Below are positions 1-7,600 of a stretch of 64,000 nt of DNA, piece by piece. The DNA is from a virus, in IMG/VR virus record IMGVR_UViG_3300008266_000033, positions 1 to 64,000 of that record; one strand, given 5' to 3'. Numbering within the stretch: the first letter of the stretch is position 1; each line of letters begins with the position of its first letter. Under the pieces are notes generated by a model. The model saw only the letters and a list, made by a program, of their open reading frames with translations. It was not told the origin of the DNA and did no database searches. The translations under genes were made by a program, and so were the position numbers.

Positions 1-1801
1 TTATAGTAAAGTCAGCAGCTACTGCAAATGTACCATCCCCTTTAATTATTATAGCTCCTAAATAAATAGCATTTGCTGCTGTATTGGGGGCTTCAGAGAA
101 AGTTTCAATGTTTAGATCAGCAATAGCCTCTGATTCGGTTGAATATACTGCATTACCATAATAAACTACTATGGCTTTAGATACTGAGTTTGGATACCAG
201 AATACTCTTTGAGTTGACCAGCTATTATTAGCTACACCTGTTAAAGTACCATTAAGTGAATATTGAGTTGGATCTATTGTAGTATATCCTGCACCAGCAT
301 TAGTATCATAAACCCAATTAGATCCTGATTGTCTATATCTAAATATTTTAGAAACATTTGTTCCTGGGTCAGTTACATATGATGGATTTTCGGGATCTGT
401 TGGATAATTAGCTCCATCAGCAAATGAAGTACCACTTCCTACAGTTAATCCACGGGAAGAGCTTGTTAATAAAGCATGACCTGATAGTTTTAAAGGACCA
501 AAAGCAGATATAAATATATTTGATCTTTGTTTCCAACCATAGGCTAAAGAAGGTTGTGTTTTTACACCATTTATTGATGTACGGTTTTGATGTAAAACAA
601 TACCAATTGGGATATATGTATCTACTTCTCCATTAAAATATGGAGTACCTTGAGCGTGTATCTGATTGCTTGAGCTTATTGCTATAAACTGTTGATCAAA
701 TGAAGCACTTAAAGCATCAATAGTTTTAGTTAAATTGCCCCATTCTAAAAACTGTATTGTTGGATAAGGATCATCATTTAGTGATGCATTCAAATTAACA
801 ATTATACCACTTCCGCTGGCTACTTGATATGTATTTGAATTTATCTGAGATAATACTCCACCATGTAATAAACCGGTATATAAATTACCTTCTAACCAAC
901 GTAAACGAGTTGTGTTAGCATATCCACTACCATTTTGACTGAAGTATAAGTCTTGAGTAGAACCAGATACATAAATATAAGAGGCAGAAATTGATGTATC
1001 TATATTAGAGGTTACAGGATCAAATCTTAAATATCCATTTAAATCAACATTACCAACAATAGAAACAGAGGCTGATCCCGCCGATGGTGGGTATTCACCT
1101 TGAATCTGTAGAGTTCCTGATAGGATAGTATTTCCAACTAATTCATTTGAACCTGTTGTAAACAAACTACCAGTTACTGTTTGATTACCAATAAAGATAT
1201 TTGAACCTGTTGTTGCTAATGAAGCAGATTTGGCTACAAATACAGGATCTGTTTCTTGATAATATGATGCTGTTCCCAAAATACTACCAGTAAACGAACC
1301 AGTAAAACTACCTGTATTATATGAGGAAGTAAAACTGTTAAATGAACTAGTAAAAGAATTAAAGGAAGATGTAGTTACAAAAGAACTCGTATCTATTTGA
1401 GTGGCCGAACCAGTATCAACAGTTAGGTTAAAAGAAGTACCATTACCTTTAGTTAATGTTATTACATTACCCGTTATAGAGCCTGTTACAAGCGCGTTGG
1501 GAGTATTCGATGCAGTTGATGCAGTTCCGAGTAAACTGCCTGTAAAACCGTATACGGCGCTTATAGAACCAGTTAATGATACGACATTGGTGGTTTTATC
1601 AAATGTAAAATCTCCACTACCACTAGTGGCACCTGCATCGTTAAATTGAATTGATTGATTTGGACCAGCAGGGGCAGCTACAGCTGTAACTGTAAATGCG
1701 GAACCTGTTCCATCGTAAATGTTAACACCGTCTGGGGTTTGTAGAATTCGTTGGTAACTATCCTCTATGTTTACTCCCGTTAAATCAAATGGTCCTGCCA
1801 T
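1..1801 (-). CDS. Tail fibre / virion structural protein, 3'-truncated by window edge (>600 aa)
   Basis: Not in the ORF track. ATG at 1801 (MAGPFDLTGVNIEDSYQRILQTPDG...) stays open to base 1. S/T/G-rich with many TGS/SAS/SGS/TSS tripeptides and an 'IQFNDAG...SGSGDFTFDK' fibre-type repeat. Confidence 0.7.
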   Translation of the reverse strand, partial: MAGPFDLTGVNIEDSYQRILQTPDGVNIYDGTGSAFTVTAVAAPAGPNQSIQFNDAGATSGSGDFTFDKTTNVVSLTGSISAVYGFTGSLLGTASTASNTPNALVTGSITGNVITLTKGNGTSFNLTVDTGSATQIDTSSFVTTSSFNSFTSSFNSFTSSYNTGSFTGSFTGSILGTASYYQETDPVFVAKSASLATTGSNIFIGNQTVTGSLFTTGSNELVGNTILSGTLQIQGEYPPSAGSASVSIVGNVDLNGYLRFDPVTSNIDTSISASYIYVSGSTQDLYFSQNGSGYANTTRLRWLEGNLYTGLLHGGVLSQINSNTYQVASGSGIIVNLNASLNDDPYPTIQFLEWGNLTKTIDALSASFDQQFIAISSSNQIHAQGTPYFNGEVDTYIPIGIVLHQNRTSINGVKTQPSLAYGWKQRSNIFISAFGPLKLSGHALLTSSSRGLTVGSGTSFADGANYPTDPENPSYVTDPGTNVSKIFRYRQSGSNWVYDTNAGAGYTTIDPTQYSLNGTLTGVANNSWSTQRVFWYPNSVSKAIVVYYGNAVYSTESEAIADLNIETFSEAPNTAANAIYLGAIIIKGDGTFAVAADFTI

Positions 1802-1816
1802 AACTGTTTATAATTA

Positions 1817-2392
1817 TTAAAGTTTTTTAATTAGTCCTTCAATAATTTGGTTTTTAGCTGATTCTGTTAGTGCAACTTGCTGAGAATTTAGGTAAGTTGA
1901 AATAATTGAATTTGCTTTGGTTTTCTTGAATACAATATTATCTATACTAATATCTTCTCTTAATAAAAGACGCATTAAATTAACAATGTGTTCTTTTAAA
2001 GTAGTGTTGATACTTGGTTCCTCGGATTGTTTTACTTCAGTTACTGAAACTTTAGGAGTGTTTTCGATAATTAAATCAGCATCTTGAGATTTAACCTCAA
2101 CAACTACCTTTTTAGAAACATCTACTGAAAAATCTGATTTCCAAGGGATAAAATACGTATCATCTGCGATAACCTCAAGCTTAATTTCACCTTTTATGCT
2201 TTCAGGGAGAATACCTTTTAGTTTTTTGATAGGAATTTTACAATTTCCATCATTATCGATCTTGCCTTTAAATAAGAGAGTAAGGTCTTCTGATTCTATA
2301 ATTAAACGAGCTTGAGAATTTGAAAGTGATGCACCATCTATTTTAACCTTACATTCAAATATCTCTGTTTTATCAGTATATAATTTATACAT
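1817..2392 (-). CDS. Hypothetical protein (possible Ig-like N-terminus; late/virion context)
   Basis: 191-aa ORF, co-oriented and abutting neighbours. Confidence 0.75.
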   Translation of the reverse strand: MYKLYTDKTEIFECKVKIDGASLSNSQARLIIESEDLTLLFKGKIDNDGNCKIPIKKLKGILPESIKGEIKLEVIADDTYFIPWKSDFSVDVSKKVVVEVKSQDADLIIENTPKVSVTEVKQSEEPSINTTLKEHIVNLMRLLLREDISIDNIVFKKTKANSIISTYLNSQQVALTESAKNQIIEGLIKKL

Positions 2393-2715
2393 TATAATTC
2401 AACTTTTATATTTATACCTAATACTTCTTTTATTACCATTTCAACATCTCGAGCAGTTATTTTAACATCTTTTACTTCTTTGGTTTGCTTGGTCTCGTCG
2501 TATCCTTTTACCTTACACCAAAGGGTAATAAAACGCTTTTTCTTCTCAGGATGTTTAAAAACATCTTCGGCACGTCCACCTGCTTGAATGATTTCTTGCA
2601 GTAAAGCTACATCATCCCAAGTAAAGGGATTTCTGCTTTGAAGTTCTCCAAACGGGTTTTGATTGTAAGCAAAATTTGCATTACCCCATTTGAAAGGAAC
2701 CCTGGCTAATGTCAT
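2392..2715 (-). CDS. Hypothetical protein
   Basis: 107-aa ORF with ATATTTATA motif immediately upstream (2720-2728). Confidence 0.75.
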   Translation of the reverse strand: MTLARVPFKWGNANFAYNQNPFGELQSRNPFTWDDVALLQEIIQAGGRAEDVFKHPEKKKRFITLWCKVKGYDETKQTKEVKDVKITARDVEMVIKEVLGINIKVEL

Positions 2716-2753
2716 ATGTTATAAATATACAAAAATTATGGAGGTATCCAAAT

Positions 2754-4256
2754 TTAGTTTTTTTCACTAATGGCTACATCTTCTAGATTCTTTACATAAA
2801 GGGCATAAGAAGATATTGTAGACAAAGCACTTTTGGATAATTTATCTTTAATTCTAGAATCTAATTGATCGTATTCTTCATTATTCATGATGAAATTAAG
2901 ATGTGTTGGTATTCCTTCTTCAGAACGTTGTAACATAGCTCTATCGGCAACTAATTCGTTTGCCCAATAAAGTTTTCCCATAGAAGTAGTAGCACCTGCA
3001 ATATTCATTGCTCCATGTCTAGGTTTTTCTAAATTAGGAACAAATACAAAATTGGTAGGAGATTTTATTTTAATTTCAGTTATAACATCTGTGTTTTTAA
3101 ATTCTTTTTCCAAATATTGTTCCAATTCAACATCATTATCATCTACCACATCACTTGGCCACAAAGAATAATTTTCATCTTGCCATTCTTCTAAAGCATC
3201 CTCTGTAATACTAGTTAAAAACCACTCTATAATTCCTTCTGATGGATCCCAATGTTTTTTAACATGACCTAAACAAAAACTATATATTTTGTTAAAGTCT
3301 GAATTAATGGTATCAAAATAAAATGACCAGAATGTTTTTTCGAGGAATTTTTTTAGATTAGGGGTTTGCTCTAAATATTCAATTATATCCTTTATTTTGA
3401 TAAAATTTCTATTGTTAGGACTTAATAAAATCTCTTTACCATTTACTTGAATTTCTTGATTAGAAAAAATCATTTGATCCTTAATAAATTCTTGAACTAC
3501 ATCTAATTCAGCAAGATAAGGAATAACATTATATTTCCACTCTTCAGCTAAATCAATAATAGAATTTATAATTGAGGTTTCTACTATATCTCTTGCTGGA
3601 CCCAATGAATCTGTTGGGGTATTTATTTTTATTTCAAAAAGGGTAGATTTTATTTTGGTTAGTTCTTCAATAATATCAATAAGTTGTTCATTAGTTAATG
3701 ATTTTAAAAAATCTTCAATAGGAGTGGCTCTATTAGCAGTATTACTTAGCCAAGTATTATACCCATGTTTTTGTAAAATATTAACAATTTTGATTAATAT
3801 ATCGCCTTTAGTTGCAACATCAATTCCATTAGCATTATCATCTACAATTGAAACAATCTTTTTTATAATATCGTGGGCTTTTATATTAAAGGCAGAGGGA
3901 CGTTTAATTTCAATTTCTTTAATGGTTTTTATAGGGTATTCTCCTTCAACATACTTTTGATGAACCATAGGAAAATCACGAGGATCATCAGATCTATAGA
4001 TATATTTTTCAATTCTAGAATCATATCCCGGACTATCAAAGTAACTATCATCTATCATATAATAATTAGGATTTGTAGGAAAAAAAACAGTAGTTTGATC
4101 ATCAATTAGATTCCCATTAAAATATAATTTACCCCAATAATATTTGTATGGTTCACCTTCCCATTCTCCTGTCCCAGCAACATGAGTTTCATCTTTAACA
4201 AATTTAAATGGGGTAGCTGGATTATTTAGTGGTTTTAATATTTTTATTTCGTTCAT
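2754..4256 (-). CDS. 4-module EIK-motif protein (putative internal head polyprotein)
   Basis: Motifs MNEIKILKP, IKEIEIKRP, LFEIKINTP and ITEIKIKSP. First and last modules share the G-x-LY...L[IV]xD family-A signature with the 1795-aa ORF. Confidence 0.8.
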   Translation of the reverse strand: MNEIKILKPLNNPATPFKFVKDETHVAGTGEWEGEPYKYYWGKLYFNGNLIDDQTTVFFPTNPNYYMIDDSYFDSPGYDSRIEKYIYRSDDPRDFPMVHQKYVEGEYPIKTIKEIEIKRPSAFNIKAHDIIKKIVSIVDDNANGIDVATKGDILIKIVNILQKHGYNTWLSNTANRATPIEDFLKSLTNEQLIDIIEELTKIKSTLFEIKINTPTDSLGPARDIVETSIINSIIDLAEEWKYNVIPYLAELDVVQEFIKDQMIFSNQEIQVNGKEILLSPNNRNFIKIKDIIEYLEQTPNLKKFLEKTFWSFYFDTINSDFNKIYSFCLGHVKKHWDPSEGIIEWFLTSITEDALEEWQDENYSLWPSDVVDDNDVELEQYLEKEFKNTDVITEIKIKSPTNFVFVPNLEKPRHGAMNIAGATTSMGKLYWANELVADRAMLQRSEEGIPTHLNFIMNNEEYDQLDSRIKDKLSKSALSTISSYALYVKNLEDVAISEKN

Positions 4257-4624
4257 AAATTAACTTTAGTTATAAAATCTAAATTTGAAAGATTTTTTAA
4301 TGTTGATTCTATACTTTCTTTTTCATATCCATCTTCTACTGCTATTTTGATAACCTCGGATATTCTATTAGGTTTTTCATCAGATATAGCCCCTATCATA
4401 ATTAATCTTCTAAGATAATATGAATTATCAAATACACTTTTAGGGGAATATTTCATACCTAAGTTATCAAATATTTCATTTTCTAAATCTCCTAATCTAA
4501 AAAAATAAAGTAAATCAAAAAACTCATCAAATTTTTTTATAGCTTCTTTTCCTGTTTCAGTTACTTCAAAAGTACTTGAAGGTGGTTGTATTTTTATTTC
4601 ACTTAATAAATTAATTAATTTCAT
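4253..4624 (-). CDS. Single-module EIK-motif protein with short leader (MKLINLLSE-IKIQPP)
   Basis: 123 aa; overlaps both neighbours. Confidence 0.8.
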   Translation of the reverse strand: MKLINLLSEIKIQPPSSTFEVTETGKEAIKKFDEFFDLLYFFRLGDLENEIFDNLGMKYSPKSVFDNSYYLRRLIMIGAISDEKPNRISEVIKIAVEDGYEKESIESTLKNLSNLDFITKVNL

Positions 4625-7600
4625 AATTTGAAAAATATTTTTTATCTACTAGTATATTATTAACAAGACTTTCATAAGGAATACTTAACATATCTAATTT
4701 AGTTTTAATATCCCCAGCATATTGACCAGGATATAAATATACTACATCAGGTTCATCATCATGTATTGTTACTGATGTTTCAGGGAATCCTTCAATATCT
4801 ACAGAATATATTACCCCATCCCTCCATCCAGTATGATCCGTTAGTATTTTTTTAAATTTAAGTGGAATTATATTTTTAGGAGATTGTATTTTAATTTCAT
4901 TTGTATTTGATTGAGCTGATTCACCAATTTTATATCTAGAATCTAAATACCACTCCTCAATCATTCCATGTGTTTCTCCATTAGGATCATCGAAATTATA
5001 AGGATAAACATTGGTATATTCTTCTCTATATTTATCATATCGTTTTTCAGGGCTTCCTACAATATAAAAAGCATTATTTACCTTTTTATTTTTAGGAATT
5101 AAATACATTCCTTTTCTATACTTTGTAGGAGCTTGTACTTTAATTTCATTTAATTTTTTACAAGCAGAATATGGTATAGCATGTATTATTTCTGGCTTCC
5201 AATAATTAGTTTTAATACAAAAAGGAAATTTATCATCATCCGGTCCTACATAAGGCCATGCAATAGATGAAATATCATGAAGTGTTCCATCATAATTTTC
5301 AAACCATCGCTTACCAGATTTTAACAACTCATCAGTATAAAAATCGTATTCTTCTTGATTATTAACCATTAACGGAAATTCAAACTTAGTTTTAGGCTTA
5401 TTTATTTTAATTTCATTAACAGGTACATCAATTAAAGACAATGGAATTTTTATATATGAATCAGCAAAATCCTCATCAGGTCCAGCATCATTAACTATTT
5501 TATATGATTTACTATATTTATCTAATAAATTAGTTAACTCGGCTTTATGTCCTTCCTCTTCATCCCAATCATCAAAAGGCCAAATAATATAATCTTCATT
5601 TGTTTTATGATAACCAAAATAATTCAATTTTAATTCAGGGTGTTTTAAAGTTATATTATATGTAGGAACACCATTTCCATCAATATCAACAATGTTCATT
5701 AAATCTAAAGTGAAATTTTTCCAACCTGGAGTACTTATTTTAATTTCATCAATGTTTTCATCAATGACAGTAACAATGTTTTTTGGAATCTGAATCCAAA
5801 ACATTTCATCATCATGATCTATTCTTTTATATGATTTATTATATTTTGATAGTAAATCGGTTAATTTTTTAGCAAGATGTTCTTCATGAGCAGCCTCGTC
5901 ATCATCACCAAATTCTATATTAAAAACATCCGACCCCTGTTCCTTATGACCATACCAAAATATGTGACTTTCAGGATGTGCGAATTGGAAGATCTCAATA
6001 TCGTTATCTTCATCTACCAATTCAGCCTCAATATTTTTCCAATTTGGAGTACTTATTTTAATTTCATTTACATTATCATCCATAAACAATACACTATTTA
6101 AATCATCTATTATAAAAACAATATTAGGTTCATCTGTATCATAAGCTGAAACTTCAATAACATAAGGATCTATTTCATTTTTTAATGATTGATATACTGA
6201 CTCAGGTAAAATAAATCTTAATCTATTAACAAGACTTTTTTTATTATGAAAAGCATTAGAATCTATTATTTTATTTTTAAAATATAAATCCCCCATAAAC
6301 AAACCATCACCTAATGAGGCTCTAGTTTTAAATTTAAATACTTTATTAGGAACACCTACTTTAATTTCCCCAATAGGTTGAGATATATTAATTAAAGACA
6401 ACGGAATTTTTACAAACCCAAATTCAGGTATTAGTTCAAATGGTTTATCATATTTTGATAATAAATTAACCAATCTTTCCTTTTCATCAATATCTTGTCT
6501 ATACTCAATATCCCATACCCAAGTAACAAAATCTTCATTTGTTTTATAAAAAACAAAATAAGTTGATCTTAATTCAGGATGATCTAACGATAAAGTAAAT
6601 ATAGTACCATCAAATCTTACAACTTTTCTTAAATTAAAATTTTTCCAACCAGGAACACCTATTTTAATTTCATTAATAAAACTATTATGAGCTAATTCAT
6701 TAACTAAATCAGGCCATTCTTCTTGAATATATTCTAGTTGTTCTGAGGTTAATTCAGTACCATCTTCAAATTTAGCATATGAAATATACGCATCAGCAAA
6801 ATCAGGATAATCAGATTGAAATACATCTTCTAATTCTATTGATTTTAAGTCAACATATCTATTATCAATATAAGGTCGTCTTGAATCCATAGGAGCATTT
6901 ACTTTGATTTCATTCACCAACCCCTGTGTATCAACAATATCTACATTATTTAAATCTTTTATACCATAAAAAATTCTATCAGAATGTTGTATTGTAATTT
7001 TGGCTCCATTATCTAATAATGCCTGTTGAAGATCCTGATCTACAGGAAGGGGTAATTCAAAAACAATATATTGTTGCAAACGATGGGGTTCTAAACTTAC
7101 ATCATTCCTTTTATCAGGATAATATACAGTAGTATCATCTAAAAGTTTATTATTAAAATAAAGTTCCCCAAAATAACTCTCATTTGATTCTTCATAGCTA
7201 TCAACCTTAAGTTTAAATGGCTTTCCAGGTTTATTTATTTTAATTTCATCTAATTGTGAGGCTTGATCTGCTTCAACTGCTTTAATAGCATACGTGATAG
7301 AATTTAATGCATTTTTAATATTAGGATCATCAGTAACAACTGCCCAAACAACCGCATAAACAGCATTTAGAATTAATTTAGCGGCATCAGGATATCCTGG
7401 AGAATTAAGATTAACCTGAGAAATAGCTAATTTATTTTCCCGTGTAGGATTTAACAAATATACTTGAGCAGATTCTATGGCCTCATGTGGACTTTTATCA
7501 TTAGGTACTAATTTTTCAAATATAGGTAAAACAAGCTCGATGGCTTTAAGAGCTAATTCATTCTTTTCCTTTAGGTCATTGGTAAATTCTATTTGGCTTT

